From contig JBIKWN010000008.1 of assembly GCA_044356295.1 (NCBI GenBank), positions 1-64,000 on the forward strand: 64,000 nucleotides of DNA, given 5' to 3'. A model generated the notes under the pieces. It was given only the letters and a program-made list of their open reading frames with translations. It made no database searches and was not told the origin of the DNA. The translations under genes were made by a program, and so were the position numbers. Below, in pieces: positions 30,409 through 40,191 of the stretch. The DNA comes from Bdellovibrionota bacterium. GTDB taxonomy: Bacteria > Bdellovibrionota_C > UBA2361 > JBIKWN01. The first letter of the stretch is position 1. Every line of letters begins with the position of its first letter.

Positions 30409-31287
30409 CTAATACTCACCACTACTTGTATTTGACTCTAATGAACTCCTTGTTCCGAAACATTTAATCTTAGTATCTGCGATCTCTTCTCCAAAGACAC
30501 CAAAAGGCCTCTGAATTGGAGTGACAGGACCTTCTTTCCTCTTAGGCCCATGAAGATTGTAATTCGGATAATCGGCCCCCATGGAAAGATATGACTTTTC
30601 AGAAACTAACCATCTGGATAACTCTTCAACATCAACACAGTTATCATTGTCTACATCAGCATCTCTCATATGAGTTTTTAGATGCTTCATAAGAACACTC
30701 CCGTCTTTTTTCTCAAAAGCCAATTCATTGGAACCGCAAGCGGCAAAAAGTGCCAAATTTGAATCTAAAAGTGGATAAATGGGAATTTTAGGACAGAAGA
30801 ATGCGAATGCCCCTGAATAACAGGAATCTAATAATAAGATTCGTCTTACAGAAGTTCTCTGAAATAATAGCGCGTTCAGTAATGACTCTTCTGAGATATT
30901 TGCCTGCCTCGAATAAGCTAGAGCCTCAACAGGATAAAAAGAATACCTTCCACCTTCATGAGTACCGTGGCCTGACATGTGAATGATTACAAGATCATCA
31001 GGCGCAGCCTTTGCTATTGTGTAGCGAATATTTGACACAATAGCGTGCCACGTTGCTTGTTTATTTATAATTGTCGTTACATTTCCCTTAGAAAGCTGGG
31101 AGGTTTGATAGAAGAATTCTTTGCCTAATGAAATGTCAGTAGGAGGAGCATTTAACTTCAGAGCCCGTGAAGTATAGTCTCCAACTCCTACACCAACATA
31201 ATGAATTGTTTCGGCGGCAATCTGCTCAACAGGCAGAATTGAAATCAGAATTGATAGTAGTATGCTCTTAATATTCTTCTGGATCAT
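30409..31287 (-). CDS. Caspase-family (peptidase C14) protein with putative signal peptide
   Basis: IHMSGHG and LLDSCYSG dyad; EF-hand-like DADVDNDNCVDVEEL. Confidence 0.85.
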   Translation of the reverse strand: MIQKNIKSILLSILISILPVEQIAAETIHYVGVGVGDYTSRALKLNAPPTDISLGKEFFYQTSQLSKGNVTTIINKQATWHAIVSNIRYTIAKAAPDDLVIIHMSGHGTHEGGRYSFYPVEALAYSRQANISEESLLNALLFQRTSVRRILLLDSCYSGAFAFFCPKIPIYPLLDSNLALFAACGSNELAFEKKDGSVLMKHLKTHMRDADVDNDNCVDVEELSRWLVSEKSYLSMGADYPNYNLHGPKRKEGPVTPIQRPFGVFGEEIADTKIKCFGTRSSLESNTSSGEY

Positions 31288-32965
31288 TACTACCTCTTTT
31301 TATATCTGAATTTTCGTAAGAATTTTTATCAACTGATTTTTCAGCTGTCTCGGTTAATTTGATATCAGTAAAATCTTTCTGGGGAGATTGTGCATTTGAC
31401 CTGTTTGCAAAGATGCTCTTTGATTTTGGTAAAACAGATAATTCATAAACCTGAGATGAAAAATAAGCTGAGCTTCCCTTCCTCTTACTCTTGAATGAAA
31501 CAACCTTTTCGAATTCATCAACAGAGAAGGCAAAATATCCATTGATAATCTTACCGTTCTTAAGAATCGGACGAGCTCGAGTGCTCTTTGGAGGATACCA
31601 ATCGTCACCCCAAGAATTCTGAACTATATAGTGTTTTTTTGAGTTAATAATAGTCCTACCAACTATCACAGATCCATGAAGACCGGTATGAATTTGGCCC
31701 TTCGGAGGCTTTATAAGACCGTCGGTTATGTAACTAACGCCTATTGGACGCCTCATTTTTAAATACCTATCAACAAAACTTTCAGCACTCGCACGCCATC
31801 TTTTGACCGAAGCAATATTTGGTGAAATAGATAATCCATGTGAAATAGTTACTGGATATTGTCTCAGCACTATCGTTGCACGAATATTAGGCTTTTTTCC
31901 TATTCCTGGTCTTATATTAGGGCTGCATTTTATTTCTGTTATTCGATGAAGCATCTCATTGTATGAATCAAGCCTTTTTGAATGAGTACCTTTTGCAACG
32001 TCCTCTTTCATCAGTTTCATAAAATTTTCATTTTGTTTGGGACTGTAAATTCCAGAATGAAATTTCAAAAGCTCATTTAAAACGCTTTCATAGCTTTCTT
32101 TATATGAACTTAAATGAGTAAACATGACTCTATTATCCCCCCTAACTTCAGTCGTCAGATACCCAAAAGACACACATTCACCGATACTTTTGAATGGAGA
32201 CTGTAATTTAGTGTTAGAGAAGATTTTCTTACACCAATTTTCTATGATTAAAGAATCTAAACTGAAGGCATCGATATCTGATAAAGAATTTCGTTTCTTT
32301 AGCACTTCGGAAAGTTCAGATCCATCGAAAGTAGCCGTGGCCTTCTGCTCTAAGTATTTAAAATTAATTTCTGTTTCGGATTTATTCAAATAAAATGGAA
32401 ATCTCATTCCCAAAAGGTCGGTATGTTCCGAAAACAACTCCAGCATAGAATCTTGTGAATCATCTGAAAGGCACATACCGCGTAATGTAAATGGCGGATT
32501 TGAATTTATTGGAAACGTACGTGAACCAGGAGGAATACCAACTCTGTTTGGAATATTAAGCCCAGTATAATCAGATGATTTATTGCTTAGAATTCTACCC
32601 CCGCTAAATCCATAAATAGGACTCCTAAATGGTAAACCTTTGTATCTATCAGGATCGGTCTTCCTCAGACGCATTCCTGCCATATGTGCCAACACAGTGT
32701 AGTTAATTTTTCTGCCTGATACAGCGATTGGAGTGCTTGGAGATCCTTCAAAAGCATTGTAAATGAGGTAGTCTCCATTTGATGACATTGTTTTCATTGC
32801 ATGTTCAAGCATAAGACCTGCTGCGTACGCATAGCAGGTTCCATCGGGGCCCTGATCGGACACCGGACTTAGTTCATCTTTTAAAAAAATTGTTTGAGCA
32901 AAACAAATTGAGCTGGATAATGAAATTGCAAGAATAAAGTTTAGATTTATAAAAAATTTTCTCAT
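31268..32965 (-). CDS. Papain-like (C1) cysteine peptidase, secreted, with a large insertion
   Basis: DQGPDGTCYAY, GLHGSVIVG, YIVQNSWG; ATG 32965 overlaps the upstream TGA (ATGA) and precedes a signal peptide. Confidence 0.82.
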   Translation of the reverse strand: MRKFFINLNFILAISLSSSICFAQTIFLKDELSPVSDQGPDGTCYAYAAGLMLEHAMKTMSSNGDYLIYNAFEGSPSTPIAVSGRKINYTVLAHMAGMRLRKTDPDRYKGLPFRSPIYGFSGGRILSNKSSDYTGLNIPNRVGIPPGSRTFPINSNPPFTLRGMCLSDDSQDSMLELFSEHTDLLGMRFPFYLNKSETEINFKYLEQKATATFDGSELSEVLKKRNSLSDIDAFSLDSLIIENWCKKIFSNTKLQSPFKSIGECVSFGYLTTEVRGDNRVMFTHLSSYKESYESVLNELLKFHSGIYSPKQNENFMKLMKEDVAKGTHSKRLDSYNEMLHRITEIKCSPNIRPGIGKKPNIRATIVLRQYPVTISHGLSISPNIASVKRWRASAESFVDRYLKMRRPIGVSYITDGLIKPPKGQIHTGLHGSVIVGRTIINSKKHYIVQNSWGDDWYPPKSTRARPILKNGKIINGYFAFSVDEFEKVVSFKSKRKGSSAYFSSQVYELSVLPKSKSIFANRSNAQSPQKDFTDIKLTETAEKSVDKNSYENSDIKRGSNDPEEY

Positions 32966-35055
32966 GGCGCCAAACACCCTGCATAAGTCCACTGGCATGC
33001 ATACTGACAAGCACCACAGGTATCACCGTAACCAAGATATTCCCCCGTGCATGAACCTGTTTCACTATCAAAGCATGCAGATAAACATTCCTGTTTACAC
33101 TGTTCACACATTGGCCGGTTCTGATTTACTGGATTAATAGCATCAACGCACTCTTGTGATGGTCGATTGCCGTAGTATGGTTCTTGAAGATTACGCTCAC
33201 CACCGCAGGTGAAATAAACTTGAGTTCTCAGTCCACTAATATTTAGTTCAGAGGGATAACTTCTATCGTTTAGTTGGTAAATGTGTGTTCCCTGTGGCTC
33301 CATTCCTGCTGATACGGGGTCAGTTGAAATCTTATGACAGGTCCAGTACCGATCCTCGACCTCAATCTGTTCACCAAGATCGTTTTGTTCAAAAACAGGG
33401 GTCCCAACTGGGGGAACAAAATAGCAACTTAAAACCTTCTGACCATTCGGGCAAACATTTGGAGCATCACACGCAGAGTTTGATTCATCTCCACAACTTT
33501 CTCCACTGTCTTCAGCAATACTAACAGGAGTTTGCCATTGATCTGTCACACCTGCTTGCTTATGTAATGCATAAGAAGCAGCCATATAGTAAGGCATCGA
33601 TGAAATAAAACTTTGCTTCATTGGATCATCAACATCCGCAAAAGCACAGTGCTCTTCGGTATACTCCTTGCCGTCCCACGTAAATGTCATCAGACGATTT
33701 GCTCCACCTCTAATTTCACACAATGATGAAGCTGGATTAGACCCATCTATAATATGCTCTGCACTTAAAATTGCACCGTAATCAACGGGTGGAATAAGGG
33801 CTCTGCAATTTTTACTCAAACAGTCTTTAGTAAATAAAACTCCCGTTTCTGGGTTAAAACAGATCTCTCTTGTATCTGTAAGTGTTACCGGTGCATGAAT
33901 TTCAATGTCCAGCATTCTGCATGCAGTATCAGCAGGAGGCCAATTCGAAAACGAAGGAATACTTTTTAGTGTTGGTAATGGACTTACTACAGGCGTGGCA
34001 ACTGGAGTGTTCGTGGGATTACTGCCAGGAGGGATGGTTGAAGTTGCCTGGGGCGGCGGCGCGGTGACAGTGGGTGTTGATGAAACACCAGGTTGGGTTG
34101 TTGGAGTTCTGGGTGGAGTTCTGGTTGGAGTATTTGTTGCTGTTGGTGATGCTGAAGAAGGTGGCGAAGTCGTTGGATTCGCAATATTTGCAACAGTTAA
34201 TTGTTCAAGGTTGCTAGAAGCAACCACCCCTCCTGAGACATCAAAAAACTTTGCGCCGAATGAATATTGTCCATTTTGCAAACTTGTGGAATTCCAAGGT
34301 GCTGTAAAACGCTTAGAGTTATACGCTATCATTTCGAAGTTAGTGGCAGAAACTAAGTAAGAAGATGTGGTGGTTGTCTGCAACGCTGCTCTGCTTACTG
34401 AAAGTAGTGACTCAACGATCCTTTGATTTGATTGGACACAAAGGGGATCGGATGAGCCCTCATTACAACTGATCGCACAGCGAGGAGAATTACTCGCAAT
34501 TGGACAAAAGCAAGCTGTTACTGTCATCTGAACATCATAACTGCCAGATAAGCTAGATTGTGTAGGTAGGGGTAAAAAGCGATGCGCTCCTTTGAGACCG
34601 TACGAATTAAATCCAGGACAGGGTGCAACAATCAATGGACGGACTGTGGCTTGAGGAGATGAAGGAATACTGGTGGTTACAGGAAAGAGTGGCCCAATAG
34701 TAATTATGGGCGGCACAGGTTCATCTGAGCCCGGGGCCCCAGGTAAAGGCTCATCAAAGCCTGGAGGAACTCGAGTAGAAACAGGACGAGTAGAGACAGG
34801 AACTGACGAGGCAGTGGGTGAAATTGTAGTGTTAAAAGTCGGTAGTGGCGTCCTAGTGCTCAAAGGAGTGAGGTCAACTGTTGGGGAAGAATTTGGGACT
34901 TGAGTCGAAATTGCAATCGTCTCCCTTAACTCAGGCTGATTTTCGATCGTATCTGCAAGCGTGTTAAATGGAAACAATACCCAGATCAGCAGAGCAGAGA
35001 GCAGAGCAAGGGAAACTGGTAATCTGCGCAATTTTGACCTCAAATTAAACTGCAA
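32962..35055 (-). CDS. Exported modular protein: Pro/Thr linkers, Ig-like segment, DUF333-like motif, Cys-rich C-terminus
   Basis: Signal/TM; PT-rich tracts; WNSTSLQNGQYSFGAKFFD; GSNPASSLCEIRGG; upstream TTGACT-17-TAATTT. Confidence 0.7.
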   Translation of the reverse strand: MQFNLRSKLRRLPVSLALLSALLIWVLFPFNTLADTIENQPELRETIAISTQVPNSSPTVDLTPLSTRTPLPTFNTTISPTASSVPVSTRPVSTRVPPGFDEPLPGAPGSDEPVPPIITIGPLFPVTTSIPSSPQATVRPLIVAPCPGFNSYGLKGAHRFLPLPTQSSLSGSYDVQMTVTACFCPIASNSPRCAISCNEGSSDPLCVQSNQRIVESLLSVSRAALQTTTTSSYLVSATNFEMIAYNSKRFTAPWNSTSLQNGQYSFGAKFFDVSGGVVASSNLEQLTVANIANPTTSPPSSASPTATNTPTRTPPRTPTTQPGVSSTPTVTAPPPQATSTIPPGSNPTNTPVATPVVSPLPTLKSIPSFSNWPPADTACRMLDIEIHAPVTLTDTREICFNPETGVLFTKDCLSKNCRALIPPVDYGAILSAEHIIDGSNPASSLCEIRGGANRLMTFTWDGKEYTEEHCAFADVDDPMKQSFISSMPYYMAASYALHKQAGVTDQWQTPVSIAEDSGESCGDESNSACDAPNVCPNGQKVLSCYFVPPVGTPVFEQNDLGEQIEVEDRYWTCHKISTDPVSAGMEPQGTHIYQLNDRSYPSELNISGLRTQVYFTCGGERNLQEPYYGNRPSQECVDAINPVNQNRPMCEQCKQECLSACFDSETGSCTGEYLGYGDTCGACQYACQWTYAGCLAP

Positions 35056-35157
35056 GTTATATCCATAAAATTACATGTGCCATATCTGCTAGTCAACTTA
35101 ATAGTAATCTCTGTTGGGGCCCAACTTTGGCAGGAACCCTGGATCATTTGAGGGGGG

Positions 35158-35184
35158 TAACGGTGACGGGTAGCGTCACCGTTA
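35158..35184. other. Perfect 11-bp GC-rich stem-loop without a U-tract
   Basis: TAACGGTGACG-GGTAG-CGTCACCGTTA. Confidence 0.55.
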
Positions 35185-35242
35185 GTTCAGGTTCTCATCA
35201 GAGATAGATTGAAGAGCCAGGAGTATTGTTTTTTTAAAAATT

Positions 35243-35306
35243 GAGAATCATCAAAAATCAGGTCCAGGATCAATAAACCCATAAGTAGCAGTCTCGCCCG
35301 ATTCCC
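35243..35306 (-). repeat. Displaced duplicate of the dnaB 3' end
   Basis: 63/64 identical to 36372-36435; encodes ESGETATYGFIDPGPDF*. Confidence 0.95.
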
Positions 35307-35427
35307 TCGTTATCAATCAACTGTTTTTTCTGAACAGACCTAGCCCTAGAGGAGTAGGCACCATAATACCTAGTAGTAGAAGTCTCATTAGCATCGAATA
35401 ATCATCAGTTCATGATAGAGATGGGAT

Positions 35428-35841
35428 CTAGATTAAAGGGTTAACAACTCGAACGGATCCATAAAGACGATTATTTTGAAAATCCTCTGAGAGAATTAAA
35501 TCTGCTTTTATGGACTGCGCCGTGGCAAGAATAAGAGAATCCCAATATGATAGTTTTCGATTAATCTGCTCTTTAATAGCTGCAAGAATAATCTCTTCAT
35601 GTATTTGTACAACCTGCCACTGACAATAGTCCTTGATTATTTTTTGGCTTTGAGGTGCTGAAAGACCTCTTTTCAGAAAAGTTACGTGCAATTCGCTCAA
35701 AACTTGAGTGCTGATGTAGGGCCTTTCTAATTTATTCCAAAGATCTAAAACGATCCTCTGGGCTTTTTTCCTTTTTTCTCCAGCTGATGCATCGATAGCG
35801 TATACAAGTATATTAGTGTCTATAAAAACTTTGTTAGTCAT
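35428..35841 (-). CDS. PIN-domain toxin (VapC-like)
   Basis: VFIDTNILVYA, STQVLSE, SYWDSLI, LSEDFQ. Confidence 0.92.
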   Translation of the reverse strand: MTNKVFIDTNILVYAIDASAGEKRKKAQRIVLDLWNKLERPYISTQVLSELHVTFLKRGLSAPQSQKIIKDYCQWQVVQIHEEIILAAIKEQINRKLSYWDSLILATAQSIKADLILSEDFQNNRLYGSVRVVNPLI

Positions 35842-36061
35842 AAAGATTCTCCCTTAAGAGCTTCTTGGAATTTAACTTCACACCTTTATTCAGAATATTT
35901 AATGCGTGCTTTTTGGATTTGAGAAATCCTTTTCGTCGCAAAATCTCGTTTTCTATAAGCTTACTAACCCATGCAGAGATAGATTCATCGTCTTTTGCCG
36001 CAAATTGCTTGGTTTCATTAAGAATCGTATCAGCGAGTTTAAGTGTAATATTTTTTGCCAT
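35834..36061 (-). CDS. Antitoxin (ribbon-helix-helix/CopG-like)
   Basis: MAKNITLKL..., ends RENLYD overlapping the toxin start; ATG 36061 preferred over 36103. Confidence 0.8.
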   Translation of the reverse strand: MAKNITLKLADTILNETKQFAAKDDESISAWVSKLIENEILRRKGFLKSKKHALNILNKGVKLNSKKLLRENLYD

Positions 36062-36379
36062 AATAAAAGCACAGTAGCACAAAAACAGTGTAAAATCAAA
36101 CACGCAAAAGGTACGGGTAATAGGTAAGAAAAATCAAAATACCAACTAATACCTAGTAGTGGATTCCCATTTGTTTGGAATATGGGGAGTAATTCTTGCA
36201 AGAAATTCTAAAGCGGAGAATTCGTGGGTTTTGTTATCTTTTTCAGTTAGATAAGTAACAATATCGTCATCAATCTGTATTTTAGAATTAGCAACAGGTC
36301 CTCTATCGATGTATCTTGCAGACAGGTTGCTATCAATTTGAGAAGCCTGGAGTGTTGTTTTTTTTAGAATAGAGAATCA

Positions 36380-37849
36380 TCAAAAATCAGGTCCAGGATC
36401 AATAAACCCAAAAGTAGCAGTCTCGCCCGATTCCCCTTCACTTAACGAAACAACATCATCTCGCTCTTCAAGGTTATCGAATCGTGTAATCTCACCACTA
36501 AAGGCAAGTCGAATAATTCCAGTTGGACCACTTCTATGTTTACCAACGATTATCTCAGCAACACCTTTATCAGGACTATCTTGGTTGTACACTTCATCTC
36601 GGTAGATAAACATAATGATATCTGCATCCTGCTCGATTGCTCCTGACTCACGAAGATCCGACATCATTGGACGTTTATCATTTCGTTGCTCGAGTGATCG
36701 GTTAAGTTGTGACAGCGCAACAACAGGAACATTTAATTCTTTCGCGAGTGCTTTTAAAGAACGAGAAATATCAGCAATCTCTTGCTCACGACTATTTTGA
36801 TACGCAGGAGAGCGCATCAACTGCAAGTAATCGACAACGATAAGAGATAACTTATGCTCACGGTGTAACCTACGACATTTTGCACGCAGCTCATTGATTG
36901 GAAGAGCAGGGGTATCATCAATAAAAATCGGAGCTTCAGCAATTTTACTTGCAGAACTGACAAGCCGAGGAAAGTCATGTTCAGCAAGATTTCCAACTCG
37001 AACTTTTTGGTTCGGCACTCGAGCTTCAGAACAAAGCATACGAAGCACTAATTGTTCTTTACTCATCTCTAAACTAAAAAGAGCAACTGCACCGTGGCAA
37101 GTAATTCCTACGTGTTGCAAAATCGATAATGCCAGAGCTGTTTTCCCCATTGAAGGACGAGCTGCGATAATTATCAGATCTGAAGGTTGAAGCCCTGCAG
37201 TTTTTGCATCAAGTTTTATAAACCCAGTAGGAATACCTGTGATAGCGTTTTTGTTATCAAAGAGCTCTTCAATTTTACGAATCGAACCTTGAACAACATC
37301 GCTAATCTTATGAAACTCCGACCGTGCACGTGATTCTGAAACAGCTAAGATTTCTTGCTCTGAAGTATCAAGAAAAGTTTCAATATTTGCATCGTCAGTA
37401 TAAGCGTTACCAATGACATTACCAGCAGCGCGGATCATCTTGCGCCGCAGTGATTTTTCTTTAACAAGCTTTGCGTAATACAAAGTATTAGCAGCCGAAG
37501 GCACAGCAGTAGAGAGCCTTCCTAAATATTCAAGTCCTCCAATTTCATCGAGGCAACTTTTACTTCTTAACGCTTCACCTAATGTGATGATATCGATAGG
37601 CTTACTCTCTTTATCAAGAGTAGACATTGCTTCGAAAATTTTTTGGTGACTAATACGGTAGAAATCTTCAGCAGTAAGTACTTGAAGCGCCTCACTCATT
37701 ACTTGGTTATCAATAAGCACTGCACCTAGGACAGATTCCTCTGCTTCGTTGGTATGAGGAGGCATGCGCCCAGGCGAAAAGCTCTGAGAATTTGAATCGT
37801 TAAGATCTACTGGACGTTTTTTGTTATTAGCAGATTTAGGATACGACAT
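36380..37849 (-). CDS. dnaB: Replicative DNA helicase
   Basis: AARPSMGKT, FSLEMS, VDYLQL, LSQLNR, DLRESGAIEQDAD. Confidence 0.98.
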   Translation of the reverse strand: MSYPKSANNKKRPVDLNDSNSQSFSPGRMPPHTNEAEESVLGAVLIDNQVMSEALQVLTAEDFYRISHQKIFEAMSTLDKESKPIDIITLGEALRSKSCLDEIGGLEYLGRLSTAVPSAANTLYYAKLVKEKSLRRKMIRAAGNVIGNAYTDDANIETFLDTSEQEILAVSESRARSEFHKISDVVQGSIRKIEELFDNKNAITGIPTGFIKLDAKTAGLQPSDLIIIAARPSMGKTALALSILQHVGITCHGAVALFSLEMSKEQLVLRMLCSEARVPNQKVRVGNLAEHDFPRLVSSASKIAEAPIFIDDTPALPINELRAKCRRLHREHKLSLIVVDYLQLMRSPAYQNSREQEIADISRSLKALAKELNVPVVALSQLNRSLEQRNDKRPMMSDLRESGAIEQDADIIMFIYRDEVYNQDSPDKGVAEIIVGKHRSGPTGIIRLAFSGEITRFDNLEERDDVVSLSEGESGETATFGFIDPGPDF

Positions 37850-37861
37850 GCACTCTATGTT

Positions 37862-38551
37862 CTAGCGCCAAATCGATTCGGAATCAATCAAATCTACCCA
37901 TTTTGCAGCAGATTTCATTTTATCTCCGGTAGCCATAGTACTAAAATCTGCCGTCACTGTGTCTGCTCCAAAAAATGAAGCCAGCGAAATAGGATAACTT
38001 AAATCCCTACCAGGTGTAACAACAGTTACAACCCTAAGAACTGAACTATTCGCTTGTTTTTCTTCGTCGATATTTGCATCTTTTTGTGGTGCATCATCTT
38101 TTTGCTGATTACCATTTGAAAAAAGATATGAATCGAATGCCCGTGTGTGATCGTCTGGGAGGTAACTAAAGTCTCGGCTTAATTCATTTTTCCCTAGAGC
38201 AAAGGCAATCATGTCTGCTGCCATTTCGACATCAGTTGTTACTTGGCGTTCAATGCCTACTGGGGGAAGTCTTTTTAAGATAACTTCAAATCCAGCACGA
38301 TAGACAACATCAAAGAATGAATGTTGACGAGAATCATCTTCATTAGGAATAACTGAATAGTAACGAGCTACTTTCGGTTCAAGTCCACCAGAGAGGCTCT
38401 TTAAAAGAGCTGCAAAGTCTACTTTCTTATTGGTACGACGTGACGCTCGGTCAAGGTTGATACCGTCTACAAAAATCCCAATTTCTCTTCGCTGAGTGCG
38501 CTTAACAACGCCTTTTTTAACCTTCTCAAAGGACATAGAACTTCTTCCCAA
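37862..38551 (-). CDS. NYN domain protein (LabA/DUF88-like)
   Basis: IFVDGINL, ARYY, DVEMAADM. Confidence 0.7.
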   Translation of the reverse strand: MGRSSMSFEKVKKGVVKRTQRREIGIFVDGINLDRASRRTNKKVDFAALLKSLSGGLEPKVARYYSVIPNEDDSRQHSFFDVVYRAGFEVILKRLPPVGIERQVTTDVEMAADMIAFALGKNELSRDFSYLPDDHTRAFDSYLFSNGNQQKDDAPQKDANIDEEKQANSSVLRVVTVVTPGRDLSYPISLASFFGADTVTADFSTMATGDKMKSAAKWVDLIDSESIWR

Positions 38552-38671
38552 AATAAAAATTCAATAGATTTGCATTGAAGCAGATACAGACCAATCGCAA
38601 TAAATAAGTATGACCTTTAAACTAAAGGGTCTACAGAAAAAGAGGAAAGGTGAGAACCTGAAGAGCAGGGG

Positions 38672-39280
38672 TTAGGGAATAACCTGAACCTTTGCTCCGA
38701 CATCAAGAGAATAATATATCTTTTTCATCTTCTCGTCATCTATGCGAAGTCCGCCAACTTCTTCAGTCCATACAGGTGCCGAGTGAATTGATGCATCGCT
38801 GTCGACAAAAAGGGCAAAATCTCCAAGAGCTCCGCGACGATAGCGCTCTTTGTCACCTATTGAGGGGACAGCTAATCCACGCAAGGAAAAGTACTCGTCT
38901 CCAGCATACCAAAGAGGGGAGCGCTGTTTATGTTGTACTGAATAGACACCAGGCTGAAGTGGAAGAACGCCTTCAATCTTTGACTCATCCACTACATTTG
39001 AGCCTTTCATTAAAACTAATTTGTTTTCAGCTAATTCAACTTTAAGCCAAATCGAATCTTTATCGGAAACAGAGTCAGGCATAAAGCCAAGAAGCGTTGC
39101 AGGAGAAGCGACTGGAGGAGCGACTCTATTTAAGGAAATATAACCACCAGCATACTGGGTTTTTTGAAGGTCGATATCTGTTGGACTTTTGTAGAGTGAG
39201 CATCCAGAAAATGCTAATCCGCTAAAAATCAAAACTGATAAAGAAAGAGTAAAACGAGCAAAACCAACATTGTTATTCAT
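38672..39280 (-). CDS. L,D-transpeptidase (YkuD)-like lipoprotein lacking the catalytic Cys
   Basis: Lipobox FSGC; PG.Y.V..K...PLW, GALG, IH, but GGLR in place of HGCIR. Confidence 0.65.
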   Translation of the reverse strand: MNNNVGFARFTLSLSVLIFSGLAFSGCSLYKSPTDIDLQKTQYAGGYISLNRVAPPVASPATLLGFMPDSVSDKDSIWLKVELAENKLVLMKGSNVVDESKIEGVLPLQPGVYSVQHKQRSPLWYAGDEYFSLRGLAVPSIGDKERYRRGALGDFALFVDSDASIHSAPVWTEEVGGLRIDDEKMKKIYYSLDVGAKVQVIP

Positions 39281-39399
39281 AAGAGTGGAGTTTAGCAGGG
39301 GAAGGGGGAAAAGAAGAAGTATTAAAATAATATAACAATGTTATGAAATATGCCAAAAGCGGGGCTTGGAGCTCTTCCCTTATCTAGTGGTTTTAGTCC

Positions 39400-40191
39400 A
39401 TGATCTATCTCGCCATGAAAAGCCCTACTCGAAATAAATACAAAATTGTCCTTATACTGGCAGCCCTCTTCCTGCTTTCAGGATGTTCCACTCTATCTTC
39501 TATTGTTTTGTTTGGACCTGAGGATTCTAACCCTACCCCTCCAGTTCTTGTGTCTAAAGTCCCTGTTCTTAAAACTACCGAATCTCAAAAAACAACAATC
39601 GCTGCAAAACGTGCTTCAAAGCTTCCAGCAGTTGAGCTCACGATGAACCGAGCGGTTCAGAAAGAGCTCGATAATCTGAAATCTCAACCTAGAACTGTTG
39701 AGCGTGCTCTAGTAGGACGAGATGAACATGCTAATCAAATTGAACAGATTTTTAAGGACGAGGGAGTACCTGCTGACTTGGTAAATGTCGCTTTCGTTGA
39801 AAGTGGTTTTAACGAGAAAGCAAAAAGCCCTGCTGGAGCAGTTGGTCTTTGGCAACTTATGAAATCTACAGCTCAGTATTACGGTTTGAAAGTTAATCAT
39901 TCTGAGGATCAACGTAAGGATGTTGTGCTCTCTAGTTTGGCAGCAGCTAGACACCTACGAGATCTCTATAACAACTATGACGATTGGCACTTAGCTCTTG
40001 CGGCTTATAACTTTGGTGTCGGTGGCATCGAAAGAGCAATGGCGCGGGGTAATACTCGTGACTTCTGGGAGCTTGTTCAAAAAGGTCTAGTTCCTAAGGA
40101 GACAGCTCGGTTTGTTCCAAAAATTCTTGCCGCTGCAATTATTATGAAAAATCCTGAAGAACACGGATTTGATTCTGTAAATATCGGTTAA
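39400..40191 (+). CDS. Lytic transglycosylase (SLT/MltD-like) lipoprotein
   Basis: LSGC lipobox; VESGF, AGAVGLWQLM, LALAAYN, ETARFVPK. Confidence 0.9.
   Translation: MIYLAMKSPTRNKYKIVLILAALFLLSGCSTLSSIVLFGPEDSNPTPPVLVSKVPVLKTTESQKTTIAAKRASKLPAVELTMNRAVQKELDNLKSQPRTVERALVGRDEHANQIEQIFKDEGVPADLVNVAFVESGFNEKAKSPAGAVGLWQLMKSTAQYYGLKVNHSEDQRKDVVLSSLAAARHLRDLYNNYDDWHLALAAYNFGVGGIERAMARGNTRDFWELVQKGLVPKETARFVPKILAAAIIMKNPEEHGFDSVNIG

Noticed and set aside
33905..34903. Plus-strand Gly/Val-rich ORFs
   Set aside because: Antisense shadows of the Pro/Thr-rich linkers of the 32962-35055 gene.
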